Shown: in pieces, positions 12,969-26,389 of the stretch
Layout of the letters: the number at the start of each line of letters is the position of its first letter
Position numbering within the stretch: the stretch's first letter is position 1
Assembly: GCA_010405405.1 (NCBI GenBank)
Contig: MU004232.1
Span: 453,481-517,480 of the forward strand
DNA from: Microthyrium microscopicum
Lineage: Eukaryota
DNA length: 64,000 nt
Direction: 5' to 3'
Position numbers and translations under genes: made by a program
The notes under the pieces: model-generated
Seen by the model: only the letters and a program-made list of their open reading frames with translations
Told to the model about the DNA's origin: nothing
Databases searched by the model: none

Positions 12969-13274
12969 TATCTTCTAATTAGTGACGTCGGTGGTAGCCA
13001 TCGCCAGGGATGGCAGTGTGTCATATATTTGACTGTTTGACCGTCAGCTGCGATCACTTTCACAAGGGTGTTTTTGATATCGAGTGCGATAGTTACCATA
13101 GAAGCTTTTGATTATCGAGTGCTCTAATCCTGATCAACGCCGATGGGAGCTACAGAGATAAGACGAGTATAGGAGAGGAAGAGCATTAATGTTCATATAG
13201 GTGTTGTAGGAAGCGTATCTAAGAATATCCCGTCTCCCATCGCATCCGCTATTTCCCATGCAACCTTAAAAGCA

Positions 13275-14294
13275 CTATACTAGGCCTGTGGGAGGAGCGG
13301 GTGGCCCAGTCCCACTCCTCCTTCTCCTTTCGCGCTCAATGACGCCGGGCACGTCATCGCTCCTGCGACTTTCGGCATTATACGGCAGCATTTGGTAGTC
13401 GCGATTTTCCTGTTCGCGCCCCAACCAGTATCTGCGACCCACGCCGACCATGAGCCTTCCTATTTGGCCCTTGAGGCCTTCCCCTTGCGGGCGACTTGCC
13501 GAAAATGGGTCGTCTGCCAGATCGTCCTTACCGTCCTTAGCAGTTGACCATGGAGCGAAGCTGCCTATCGAGGCAATTTGAATTTGATGGCGTAAGACTT
13601 GGCGCGCATAGGCAAGAACGACGAGGATTGCGTAGAATCGCAGCAGCCAAAAACCGCAAACCATGAAAATGCTCATTGAACCGGAACTAGTGATCATGGA
13701 ACCTGCCAATCCTGGAAGTTGGGGCTTGCCGGTTACGCCCACTGCGATGGCGGATTGGGCAGGTGCTATTCCCGGTTTCGGTGCTGCGAGGACTTCCACG
13801 TGCGTGATGTTATCTTGTGGGTAATTGATACCGCTAGTATCGCCTACGATCCAACTGCTGGGACTTTTCTTGGAGCCATCGCTCCCCTTGGAGGCAAGTA
13901 CGACGAACCAGGTGACTCCAAACATGGCAGTGTAGGCCGCGTTGACGATGCTGTCCATGACGTATAGGTATGCGAAAGCGAGACAGTGCCATGCGCTTTG
14001 CGCTCGTACGGGACCAGCGAAGTATATGGTAGCGATGAGAACCGGAAGAGAGTATATGTACATCGAGAGCTGGGCAGCAGATAGGTGGAAGCCGGTCAGA
14101 AGCGCCAATATACCGTAAACCGCGGTGACTTTGTTAATGATTTGGGTCAGAAGGATAAGAGCTGTGCCGGTTCGTAAGGACATGAAGTGCATGAATTTCT
14201 GGCATAGAGTTAGCAAGATCCGTCCAAATAATCATAAAGGTTGGGTAGAATTTACGGTTGGTCGAGGCATCTTCAAAGCGCTTCGCCACGCCAT
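13275..14294 (-). CDS. KEI1: Inositol phosphorylceramide synthase regulatory subunit Kei1-like
   Basis: FMSLRTG..LI....INKV...YGILALLTG N-terminal motif and several TM helices; ATG 14294 with an intron near 14255-14201. Confidence 0.8.
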
Positions 14295-15259
14295 CTTGAA
14301 CGAGTTTCGGATGTTAAAGCAGGCTGTGATATTGCTGAAGAGGAGTGTTAGAGGTGTATGATATGGGAGCGCAGTATGAGAAGGTGGCGGCAGAGATTGA
14401 CGGTAATCAGAAAGCTTGTGATGAGTTAGAGGAAAGACTGAAGTCGCAAGATTGAAGAGAGGAGGTTTGGATCAATGCCAAGATCTGGTCCGTGCTGAGG
14501 GGCCTGATCCGAAACTTCCGAAACACGCGACCATAGAGCAAGCAACCGCACGACAAAATAACTGGCGTTCTCCCATCAACTTCGCTGGCTCCCACGAAAG
14601 CTTTCAATCAAGAGGGGTTATACTTTTCATCGCATCCAATAAAATATCCAAGTCTGGACGCCATATAACAATTAAAGTACTCAATACTAGAGCGTGTTGT
14701 GTAGGAGCTATTAAAGTCAATAGCGGCACGCCCTTTATCTTGTCCATCGGTTGAGCAAGTAGGTAAACCCAGTGACAAAATAACAGGCGCGCTCCCATCA
14801 AGTATGATGTCTACCATCTGCTACTCTTTATTAGCAGGTGCTTTATTTCCTACTCAATTCATGAAATATCCGAGTCATTATCGACGGCGACAGGAGCCAT
14901 CTTAGCTATCAAAGTGCCAGTTGTTTTGTCGATTTGTAGGCACCCGACTGATCGGAAAAATAGTTGGCGCATCTCCATCACCTACGGACAGTAAACTCTG
15001 TAACCGATAGAAGACATTGTTTCTCATGGAAGAGGGCCATTGATACTTCAATTCGTTGACGTCTACAATTCAGAAAAGCAATGATCGGCCAATTATGTCT
15101 AACAGAGATTCAAGCTGGTGGACGAAGTCTAAGATCTCTATTCCCAAATCTTCCATCTACTCCGCTGCCTTGTCAAACTCCCCATTTCCGCTACTTGCAT
15201 AAGAATCAGGAATCAATTTGAACGACCTGAGAATCGAGTTGGCTGTACATGGGACCTGT

Positions 15260-16254
15260 TCAGATATCAACCATGCCTACAGCCTCACGCAATCCTCTGG
15301 CATCACCCTTTCCTCCATGCTTCTTGATGAACTCGAGCAGCACACCGTTCAACTTCTCGGCATGTGTCCAGGTTGGAGCATGATATCCACCATCAACGAC
15401 CTCGGTCGTGACGCTGGCATTCTTGAGGTGCTCAATATCTTGCTTCGCGACACCCTCAGTGAAGATCTTGTCTTCCCCGCCACGAATCCATAGGACAGGA
15501 CATGTGATTGCATCAAGTCGCAGATGAAGGCAATCTCTAGTGATCAGAGCAATTGACGCCTCGACGAACTTCTTGCGTCCAGTATCTCCGGTGTAGTATT
15601 TATTGCTATCTTCGAACACAAGCTTCTTGTCAGCAGCTGTACCGTCGGGTCCAAGAGACAGATCCGCGGAACCTTGAACAATTGCCGATGGTAGTGCAAA
15701 GTTGGCATCGGTCGCAGAGAGACCGGATATTGTCTGCGTCAACATGCCGGCAAAGTCAATTGAGCCAAGCTCTGTAATATGCGAACCATTGGCGGACAAG
15801 GTGGTCGAGACGGGAATGAGTCCAAGCACCTTCATATCATTAGTGAGTGTGATGGTCATATAATGGTGTGACGTACACGATCCGGTGCCAACAGAGCCAT
15901 GCGAGCAGCAATCCAGCCTGCTTGACTGCTTCCCAAGACAAACACTTTCTTCACACCCAGAGAGTCAAGAGCTTGCCAGAAAGCAATCGCTGAATCCCAG
16001 GCGGTAAAGCAGGGACTTCTGGTTGATGTGTTCCCATGGCCCAACGGCTCCATGGCGATCAGATTCGCTACTTCGCCCAGCGCCTCATCGTTCAATTGAG
16101 GACGGAAGAAGGTAGTGGAGGTGATGAAGGGAGGAATCAGAACCACTGTGGGCTTGGAGTTCGCCAGAGTCTTTCGGTTCATCACATAGCCAACTTTCGT
16201 ACCACCAAGGTGACCGACGTGGACTGTCTTGCTGTTTGGAGCTTCAGAGGCCAT
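15260..16254 (-). CDS. Alpha/beta hydrolase
   Basis: EPLGHG, nucleophile elbow LGSSQAGW, CPVLWIRGGED and GGYH; intron 15876-15830 joins the two ORFs. Confidence 0.85.
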
Positions 16255-16872
16255 GATTGCAATATTGGCGTCAATAGAAAAGTTGGAAATGAGAGATGAG
16301 AGTCACAGATGAATGGGGAACGATTCAATGGGTTTATAAAGCGATAACCCCACGACTGATTAGACTTGTAAACAAGTGAGCAGGCTCTTGAAAGCTCCAA
16401 CGGGGATGAGATGGTATGACCAGGTAGCTTTGTACCCGCTTGATCTTTACATAGTACTCTAAAAGAGCGGGGGAGGGGAATGCATGAGAGTGGTGTCAGA
16501 GGTATGTGCCAGTGCCTTAAGGCCAGAGGCGGCTGGCCGATTGGCAGTTTAAGGCGCATGGCATGAAGTAAAGCGCGGATCAATGGACTTATTTGTGTCA
16601 CAAGATTTTGATAGGAGTGGGACGAAGATGGTACTATCGTGTGCACAGGAGGTCCTTGCGAGCATTTGAGCGTGCCGCTTCCATGACGTTTAACAGGCTG
16701 GCTCCATCTTATCTTATTCCCCGCGCTAGATTAGATCATCTAGCGTAGATTGATTAGATCTTATCTTCCCGCCTTATTTTTCTACAACTCCAAAAAGTTA
16801 AAACTTCCATTCTTGTCAACTGGCGATTTTTTACACCCCTCGAACGCGTGGGGCTTTGACAACCCTTGAATC

Positions 16873-19800
16873 ATGTCTAAGCGATCCCATCCTCGCGATG
16901 GCGAAGCCATTCAAAACACGCCTAACAAGCGACAAAAATCAGATGCACTGGAGGCACCAGCCCCCAGTATCAAAACAGCCCGTGATATTCACATGTTGTT
17001 GGCCTTCCACCAAGATGCTCCCCAATTGAGACTGGGTAAGCTGCTAGCTGCAGCGCTACATATAGATACATATCAGCTAACTTATTCTAGGCATCAAGCA
17101 TTTCAAGATTTTTCTTGAGACAATTCTGTACCCGCAAGATGAGGCTCTGGTTTCCGTCCATCTTCAACTCCTCCAGCAATACTTGGATTTTCAAAAACCA
17201 AGGGACATTGGAAGCGAAGAAGCATCTCATGTTCAGGATCTTATTCAAACCTTGGAGTTTGCATCTCAGAAAAATGAAGATGGTTTATTTTCTGCTGCCG
17301 TTGCCATTCTTGCTCTTCTCCTCAAGTCTATTTCCAATCAAATTGACCTTCGAGATCACGGCTTAGGAATTTGTCGTTCCGTTCTTGAATCAAATGCTCC
17401 TACGTTGATGTTCAAGGTTCTCTCAAATCCAAGGCATCGGGACTTTATGCTTTTACCATGCTATCGACTTCTATCAGAAATCGTAAGCTTTGACGGCGGT
17501 GCGATGGCCCGGCAGGTCTACTCGAAAAGAGACCAGACATTTGACAGTCGAGTGCTATCTCGTCATCTAGAGTCTCGTAGTACGGATTCGGAGACGAAAA
17601 AAAAGATCAATCCAAAACCAACTCTTCGATCTAATGCAGTTCGATACCTTTTGACAAATTTCAGATTCCAGGCAGAAGGAGTCAAGATGGATATCATGAC
17701 ACACACCAACATCTCGAGAGCATTATTTAGGGGTCTATCCGATGACACTCCAGCTACAGTTGCAGAAATCTTGGAAAGCCTCGAAAAATATATCCTTCAA
17801 GATCGTCAGGTTTCTTGGTCAAGCAAAAGTCAAATGATGAACGACAAGGCTCTTTCTGACTTTGTTTTTCTCTATCGCGCAAATGTCCCAGACGAACCGA
17901 TACCAGAAATTGGAAAACCTGTTGTGGAGCTTGTCCATGAATTTCTACTCCGTGTGTGCACTTCCAAAACAGCAGGTGTTCTCCGTAATGCTAATGGATG
18001 GTATCCTAAAACCCACGCTGTCAGTGCCAAAAATCTGGACCAGGAAGCAGGAGACGAAGAGGAAGAGATTCCAGTTGAGTCAATTGATCTATATGGGCCA
18101 ACTATGAAGCATGTTCCGATGAAAAATCAAGTCCTCGCCAATCTTGCACAAAGTCTGCATCCCTACAAGTCAGAAAAGGAAAAAGAACTACTGTTGGCAA
18201 TATTTCAGGCTTCACCTGAAGTAGTTGCCGATTATTGGATCAAACGAACAAAGTTTCCCTACGACCCCAAGTTGACCGCGACTTGGATTGGCTACTCCGC
18301 ATTTATCTTTTCAGCCATACAACTCCCAGTTCCCCAGTTTCTTGGTCTCAGAAGTGCTTATTCTTCACATGCACCACCACCCCAGATTGTCATCGAAAAC
18401 ATACTTCCTCAGCCACTAAATCGAGCAAGCTTGACCAAAGGCATAAACAGTACGACAACCTTACTCCGACTTTTCACAATCCGCGTTCTTTCCGCGGCAC
18501 TTGAAAAGCTTCGATCTGTCATCGACTTGTACCAAAAAGTGGCCGACGAGGTTTCTAGCCTCGGGTGGGAGAAAGCTATACCTGCTCTAGTTAGTCTTGT
18601 TATTCGCCGATGTCCCACAATGAAGGATGTCATTCTAGCGTTTCGGCGCCTGTCAAGCAGCGATCCTTTGCAACGGGAATCCATTGCAAGACTTCTTTCG
18701 CAGTACTATGAGTTGCTCCCGCAGCTAGCACTTGAAGAACCATTTGACGTGTCTATAGCTTTAACAAAAGCCTTGGAACAGACTGAGTCTCTAGATCAAA
18801 CTTCACCAGAAGCACGCATGCAACTCGTTGAACTGGAGCATCTCATCAAGATTGCACATCGCTCGGCTAGCATGAGCTGGTGGAAACGTCCTGAGAGTCT
18901 GAAATATTCAGCATATTTGACGACGCTCTTGGTACATGTTCAGTCAAACCGAGTCGCCAGTACCGAAATCGAACATATGCTCAAATCAATTGCTCAGGAT
19001 GATGGTATCCTTCAATCTGAGACTCAAGCTTCATCTTTTGGTGCTCTAGTCCAAAGCCTGCGCGTAGCATCAAATGCTAGTGGATTCACCGGAGTTGCAG
19101 AATTTATTGATGATTGCTTGCAGAGATATACAAGCAGGCCCATCATATATGCTGATGCGCTAGATCAGTGCATCTCAGAGTGCGAAGTGGATGATGCCTT
19201 ATCAAATCCTATCAGCGTATGGATCATGACACTTCAGGGTCAATGGGCATATGTTGAAAGCAACCGGAAAGATCATGCTAAAGAGATTGCGTCCTGGCTA
19301 GGTGGCCTTCTTCGGGGTCTTATCGATTGTGGTGAAGATGAAACTATCATTTCTGCCGTCGCTGACAAGGTCGAAAATGTTGCAGAAGATAAGAAAGTAA
19401 AGAAAGCATTCACAAAAGCATTCAAGCAGAGCTCATCGAAGAAAAGCCAGACTGAGGATGAAAGCCCCAAGAACGGAATCCACGTCAACGGGATTTCCAA
19501 GGTAGACCCAGCAAAGGAGACTTTTGATATCTCAGTATTTGCACCAACTCCAGAGAAATCAACGCCGAACTTTGTGAAGTTCAAAACCGGCGATGTAATC
19601 GCCTTACTTGAATCCTCATCAATGAGCGATCTGCTCTACTGTTTGTCCTCTTCAGACAAACCAACCCGCATCCAAGCAATGACAGCAATCCAGCATCTTG
19701 GTATCCGCATCGAGTCCAGCACCCACCACGAGTCCGAAATGATATATCTCCTCCTTGGCGAGCTGGTCGAAACTAGCATCACCCACTCACCAGCCAACAC

Positions 19801-20485
19801 CGATCCGCTACCCTACGTAGTCACCGCATTTGCCGCACACGCGCTCCAAGTGCTCCTCGACCCAACATCCGCGGTCTACCCCAAGGTCGCCGCCTTTCTC
19901 ACCCTGCGACCTCGCTGGAACCATCTGAACCTCGTGCTACACTTCCTCAATGCCATCGTGCTCGCGGAGCCTGCTGAAGACACGGACGCTGCGCCCTGGA
20001 CTGAGTGCACGTTTTTGCTGAACTGGCTGAACGCTGGCTTACGAGGCCCTGCGGACGGTGCGATCTTGCGTCAAGTCGGCGCTTGGGAAGTGATGGGCGG
20101 GCTAGCAGCACATCCGTCGCTCGGTGCTTCCACGGCTACTGCGCCTGGCGGTCCTACCGAAGAGCAGAAAGCTGGTGGAAGACAACAGAATCGCATAAGA
20201 TCGCTGGTACTGGAACTTGTAGGCAGAGCAGTATGCATTGGGGAGGGAGCGACACTGGCCACGAGGGCGGGTGCGTTTGCATGGATGGATGCGTGGGTTA
20301 GTTTGGGATGGCTTGAAAGTGAGGTAGCCGAGGCGTTGAAGGAGAAGATGTTGAGTGATGGGGGCGAGAGGGTCAGTAAATGGAGTTTTGGGCTGTTGGA
20401 GACTGAGATCAAGAAAAGCGGGGATGCCGTGGACGTCTTGAAGACAGAAGAGTTGGACGAGAGCGATGGTAGTAGTGAATCGTGA
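16873..20485 (+). CDS. URB1: Nucleolar pre-ribosomal-associated protein Urb1/Npa1
   Basis: Intron 17036-17090 joins the ORFs; motifs EIVSFDGG, RSNAVRYL, DPKLTATWIGYSAFIFS, ENILPQPL match fungal Npa1. Confidence 0.85.
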
Positions 20486-21789
20486 ATACTTAATGGTAAA
20501 CACGCAACTATTGAATAGAGTCCATGCTGTTGACTGCTCTTCTGCTTTCTCTTCACCTCGCACACGCTCGAGCTCATATTGCCTATCAGTTTGCGTTTCT
20601 TTTCCAATGGCTACATTGCTTGTTGTGCAAGGTAAGTCTGTATATCCCTCGTAGGTCGCGTGTGTGTCCTTAACACTGGGCAAAAGCAGTCAGAGAACGG
20701 TTGGGCAGTTAAGGGTCCTGCACACAGTCATTACACGCGTATTCGATCAATTGGCCACTCGATTCGGAGCGGTGCGAAAAGAACAGCAGTTTCCAAGCAT
20801 GACTTTGGTGACTTAACCCCAGTGAGGCTCTGGAGTGAATTGGCGAGTCCAGACGGTCCAGTTGTATCGAGTGCCACACAAGGCCGAGACCTCGAAGCCC
20901 CCTGCCCAGATCTGGGCAGGCGTGTGGCGCTGGGAAAAATCCGCATTCACTAGCCGTTTGTGGAAAGGGGCGCAAATAACTCCAACTTCATGACATGCCA
21001 ATTCAACAGTTTGCTGCCCGTTATTATTGCCATGATTGCAACTGCTCCAGATTGTTGGAACTGGAGATGAGAGACAACGATGCTTTGCTAGCTTCTACCA
21101 CGTTGTTGATGCCGAAGGCCCTTACGATCTCTTCGGAAGGTGTCAAATTGCGAATATCACCACGTGTATTTGTCGCTCCTCAGCTCCTGCTTCAAATCTC
21201 CCGAGTATTGCGAGACCCTGCGTATGCTCACTGGTGGTTTAGGGCCCATCTAAGAATACGCGGTTGTACGAGTGAACACGCAGTTACCCGAAGCTGGAGG
21301 TCTTGGTATACATAGCGTGTCTAACCCACCCTCCATTTACTGGACCGTTCACAATGGTAAAGCTAATGGCTCCATGCCCAGAACCACATTTTCATTTCCA
21401 CATGAAGTTTTTCCTCACCAAAACCCGTGTTTGGGTCAATGAGCTGAGGCATGTCCAATGTCTTGCGGCCACTCAGGCTGACATTGGACTGGGCCCAAGA
21501 GAAGTTTCCAAGAAACACACCGCATCGTGAGCACTTCCAAAGCATATCGCCAACCTTTTCAAAGCCACATTGCTAGGCATCGCTTACTACCCAAAAGGGA
21601 AGTGTTGACATACATATCCTTCATACTCCCGAACTCAAGACTTTTCTCTTTCTCACCTCCACCCTTCCCCCCTCTCTACTTCCCTTCACTATCATTCTAG
21701 CTCAGTCATTCGTTTATCTGAGCGTTAGGATAATATTCTTTAGCTACAGTCGTTCTTTTCAACCATATTCATTTAATAATTAGCTCATA

Positions 21790-23633
21790 ATGTCTCTTTT
21801 CAAAGCTCTTCTTGCTTCGTCTGCCATTTTTTCAGCAGTTTCAGCACACCCAGGTCATCTTGGTAAGCGTGCGGAACCATTTGGCCAAGTCATCACAAGC
21901 TGTACTGTGCCAACCACTGTCGCTCTGACTTTTGATGATGGCCCTCATACATACACCGAAGAGCTTCTGGACAAACTCAAAGTTGCTGGTTTCAGGGCTA
22001 CATTCTTTGTGAATGGTAACAATTATGGAAAGATTGAGGATCATGCATCTACGCTCAAGCGTATGATCACGGAGAAGCATCAAGTGGGATCTCACACTGT
22101 ATGTTCCAAGACAATCATCGTCAAGAATATAGACTGCAATACTGGTACTAATAACGTGTAGTGGTCTCACGCTGATCTCGGCGCAAGTGATGCTACGACG
22201 GTCGGACTCCAAATGACACAATTGGAGACATCTTTTATGAACATCCTAGGATACATGCCATATTACATGCGTCCACCGTTCCTATCAACCAGTGCAATTG
22301 CACTCGACGTTCTTGCTCAGCTTAAATATGTAGTCATGAACGTTGATATTGATACCTTGGACTGGGCAAACCTTTCCCCAGATACTGTGCACTACGGATT
22401 CAGTAATTATACCGCCGCATTCAACAACAATGGACGAATCAGTCTGTCGCACGATCCCCTGATCGACACTGTTCAGACTCTCGTTCCACAAATCATCACT
22501 TTCCTCCAGGGCAAAGGCATGAAGTGTATGAACCTTGCTTATGATATGTTGAGAATAATCTCACTGACTATTTGTAGCGGTTACTGTGGGCGAATGCCTT
22601 GGTGATCCAGTCCAGAACTGGTATCGCACAACTCGTGCCAACACCTTCAACCCGTATGCTGCCGTCTCATCCTCCGCAAGCAGCTCCAAGACCTCGTCCA
22701 CGGCGACTTCTTCGACCGCAAAGTCGTCTTCCGTCTCTGCTACTTCTTCCAAGGCTTCATCCTCCGCATCTAAAAGCGCTTCTAGCTCAGCCGGTGCTAG
22801 CTCTACCAGCTCTAGGGCGTCATCTCGCGCTTCTTCATCGGCAACCGCTTCAGCATCAAAGACTTCGTCTGCTTCTGCTTCATCTAAGGCTTCTTCAGCC
22901 TCTGGTGCCGCATCATCGGGTTCCTCGATTTCAAGGATCTCCTCTGCTTCTATCTCTGCTTCTGCCTTGAAATCGGTCTCCACAGGTTCGTCATCCGTTC
23001 TCTCTGCTCGCAGTGTATCGGTCTCTGCGGGCTCTTCTTCTGTTCTCTCCGCCAACAGCGTATCAGTTTCAGCCTCCGCGTCAATCGCCGCTTCAGTATC
23101 CGGCTCGTCTGTCGTGCCTTCATCTGCGGCTTCTTCAGACGTCGCCTCCTCCAGAGCACCATCTGCCGCACCATCGTCCGCGCAGCCATCAGCGCCAGTA
23201 TCTTCCTCTGTAAGTTTACCCTCTCTACCTTGGAAGCGCCCACTAACCGATGTAGGCCCCTAAGCCATCCACTGTCGTAAGTCCAGATGACACCTGTGGC
23301 GGCTCAACCGGCTTTTCCTGCGGAGGCTCTCAATGCTGCTCACAATACGGCTGGTGCGGTGTCTCCGACGCCTACTGCAATCCATCCAAAGGCTGTCAAT
23401 CCGCCTTTGGTCTCTGCACAGGCTCAACTGGCTCGGGATCCACTAGATCCCCTGAATCTTCAGGCTCAGGTTCTACACCAAGTGGCCCATCACCCGACTC
23501 AACCTGTGGTGGAGCAAAAGGATACGCTTGCGCTGAGGGTGATGAGCCATGTTGCTCGCAATATGGATACTGTGGATCTGGTCGCAGCTACTGCGGTAAT
23601 GGATGCCAGGGAGCCTTTGGCTCCTGCTGGTAG
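21790..23633 (+). CDS. Secreted CE4 polysaccharide (chitin) deacetylase with Ser-rich linker and two CBM18 domains
   Basis: NodB motifs TFDDGP, HTWSH (across an intron), RPPF, DTLDW, LSHD; introns 22099-22161, 22526-22577, 23210-23255; C-terminal CCSQYGWCG and CCSQYGYCG hevein-like units. Confidence 0.92.
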
Positions 23634-24191
23634 GTCTCTGAGATGTAGCGTGATGGGTGACTGGCTAGGAGATGGTGATGTTGTATTCTATGGTTTGGAA
23701 GACAGGTGATGTACGTGAAGAGGTAATGATATTGGTATATATTACATAATGGGGATACTATTGCGAGTCCCAATACGACTCTTACTGCAATCGATTTTGT
23801 AGCTTGTATGGTTATATAAATTCTCATCAGAAATTGATCAACGAAGACTTTGGTTTTGTCCACAAAATTCGGCCTTCGTACAAGCGAGACTTTTAGTTTT
23901 CGACTGGAACGTTAGTGGAGGTATGTTCATGATTCGGCACATCATAATAATTCTAACATGATAGGGCCCAATTTTTCTGGCACTTCCACACTAAGCAGTC
24001 CACACTATTGAACTTTGCATTCAGCGTGCCATACTTACAAAGCGGGGACTTTTTGCAAGGCACGTAAGCAGAAGATAAGCCAAAGCGAAGGCCGACGAAA
24101 GTCCAGTTTTTCGTAATGTCAAATCTTTTCCGCCTTTTGGTTATTCTTTGATCCAAGTTACCGCCTCTGCAAGTGCCTCGACGGTTTCAAA

Positions 24192-25130
24192 ATGAAGTCA
24201 TTCCTTATTGCACTCATACTTTCTTTTTTTACAGTGGTTTACTCACTTGCGCTGCCTAACGATCATATACGGATTTCTGAGCGTAAGTTCATGCCTCAGG
24301 CTAGTTGGTGTGTCTCGACAATGATGCTGATTATCTCTCCAGAGAGCAAATCTGTAGAGCGAGATGACAAATCTATACCCCGACTCGAGATCAGGGATTT
24401 AAATTGCGATCGGGGCAAATATTATCTTCTCAAGCTGATGATAGCAAAGGAAGCATTTGACCATGTGTCAAACTATTACGAACACACCCACAAAGCTTGC
24501 ATGTTTCTGTCAAAGTTTAGACAGCTTAACGTGACATTGCCGTGGAATCCTGATTTGCTTCCCCAGCTCATCAACACCCTGAAGAACACCAAGACCTCTG
24601 TCCTTATCGCCATGGACGCTCTGGCCAAAGATCAACGCCCCGACCAGTGTGGACATACTACGATGGAATACATCATGGATAGCGAAGCCAGTTCGACCTT
24701 CACTGGTTTGCTTGCAGATGGCGGAGATCTTGACTACGGGGAGTGTCGGTCACACATACCACGGACTACTTTAGGTCGATTGCAGGCGATACAATCTCTC
24801 GTGGATGGAGACTTCGGATTAGAAGATAAAGATCTGGAATCGAATCCTGTCTCGGCTCATATTGTTCCGCAATGGCAGCTGACAAAGGGGCAGGCTGAAG
24901 TCTATGACCTGATACAAATTTACCACAACCAGAGTCGAGCGGCATTTGAAGATCTAGCACGATTCCAGGGCGTCCCCCTACCAACCTGGCCTGCCTTGAT
25001 CCCTGATGTTACGAAGATTGTGCAGAAGACAACAGCCTATATCACGTTCTCCATTGCGAACTTCGAATCCAAAGGGACAGCACAAAAGCCCGAGAGACAA
25101 ATCGGTTCATGTAAGTTTCTTGATTCTTAA
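24192..25130 (+). CDS. Secreted protein, family X copy 3
   Basis: Signal MKSFLIALILSFFTVVYS; probable in-frame 60-nt intron 24283-24342; units YYEHTHKAC..PDLLPQLINTLKNTKT and YHNQSRAAF..WPALIPDVTKIVQKT. Confidence 0.85.
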   Translation: MKSFLIALILSFFTVVYSLALPNDHIRISERKFMPQASWCVSTMMLIISPESKSVERDDKSIPRLEIRDLNCDRGKYYLLKLMIAKEAFDHVSNYYEHTHKACMFLSKFRQLNVTLPWNPDLLPQLINTLKNTKTSVLIAMDALAKDQRPDQCGHTTMEYIMDSEASSTFTGLLADGGDLDYGECRSHIPRTTLGRLQAIQSLVDGDFGLEDKDLESNPVSAHIVPQWQLTKGQAEVYDLIQIYHNQSRAAFEDLARFQGVPLPTWPALIPDVTKIVQKTTAYITFSIANFESKGTAQKPERQIGSCKFLDS

Positions 25131-25254
25131 CCCTGGAGCTGCAAGTCTCTGTCATTCCAGGAAGATACTAAACGAAATTATAGACACCATCCCTTCTATT
25201 GCTAGCGATACAACTGCGAGCAAAAGTAACTTACAAGAGGGGTACTTCACCTTG

Positions 25255-25380
25255 TCGCTACTGAAAAGTTTAGCAGACGATCCATCTCCATCAGAACAAG
25301 AAGTCACTGTAAAGGACGCGGATCAGCTCACGAGTATATATTACGCAAAGACCTTGAACAGCTGTGAATCTCTGCCCCGT
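25255..25380 (+). pseudogene. Fragment of a family X gene (partial duplicate of copy 4)
   Basis: DDPSPSEQEVTVKDADQLTSIYYAKTLNSCESL versus copy 4 GPSPWEQETIVRDAVHLTKAYYMKTLNSCQSL, with a similar upstream intron end. Confidence 0.75.
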
Positions 25381-25503
25381 AAGTTTGACCCCCAATGACT
25401 GAGGCACTTCTCCCTGCTTTTCTCGAGCTTCAAGATAAAAAAGTCTCATTATCCTGAGTCCTGAAGATTCGTTGAGAACAATATTCATTGATTCACTCTG
25501 TAG

Positions 25504-26389
25504 CTGTCGATACCACCAAAGAGGATGTCAAACCCTCGTCCCCCAGTTCGCGAACGTATCCTAACTGCTCCAAAGGCAAAGTGATTTGTTCGGTGCCGAG
25601 ATTACGTAAGCCACAAGAGACACTACTCGCCCGTCCATTACTGACAAGCGTGGCCCAGACGGCCCATCTCCGTGGGAACAAGAAACTATCGTCAGAGACG
25701 CAGTCCATCTTACAAAGGCCTATTACATGAAGACTTTGAATAGCTGTCAATCGCTAGCAAATTACACACGGCCAAATGTGTCACCCAGCTTTACGCCCGA
25801 TCTCTTACCTAAGATGGTCAGAATCCTCAATGACACCAAGACCGCAGTTGTTGTGGCCATGAATGCTTTGAATGCAAGTGGTATGCTGGCATTCGACGAT
25901 GAGACCGAGAGAGATTATGCACCCGAGTGTAGGTCAAACCCTGCACTGGCGAAGAACGATTCGTCGTGGGAGGAGATGCGAAGCAAACTACATGGAAACC
26001 ATGTTTTGGACGAGACAGCATCCCGGACCGGTATATTTGAGGTGCCAAAGGACATTAATTACGTAGAACTCTGGACTTGGTCTCAGACAGCAGAGCAAAA
26101 GGATGTCTATAAGACGCTGTCAAACCATTATCTGGAGACCTTAGAATCATGTAATGCAATAGCACGATTTCAGCAGCCGCCGAGGCTAGAATGGCCTCAC
26201 TTACTTCCTGAACTGGTCGACATCTTGAAGAATACCAAAACTGCGATTCTGCAAGGTATGAGGGCGCTGGAACAAAAGCATAAATGTGGAACGGGTGTCC
26301 CTCCCAGTCACACAATGATTCTCCTTTCAAAGGAGCGAGAGAGCGCTGTCGAGCAGTGTCAGTCGCCCTCACACTTATCCTACGTATAA
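25504..26389 (+). CDS. Family X copy 4; signal-peptide exon apparently degenerate (possible pseudogene)
   Basis: Exons 25504-25605 and 25659-26389; strong similarity to copy 2 (YAPECR, SSWEEM, WPHLLPELVDILKNTKT); no intact ATG plus signal peptide found upstream. Confidence 0.7.

Noticed and set aside
20071..20683. Minus-strand ORFs overlapping the URB1 3' end
   Set aside because: Low-complexity shadow frames with no motifs.
22561..23055. 164-aa Ala/Glu-rich ORF on the minus strand
   Set aside because: Antisense shadow of the Ser/Ala linker of the CE4 gene.
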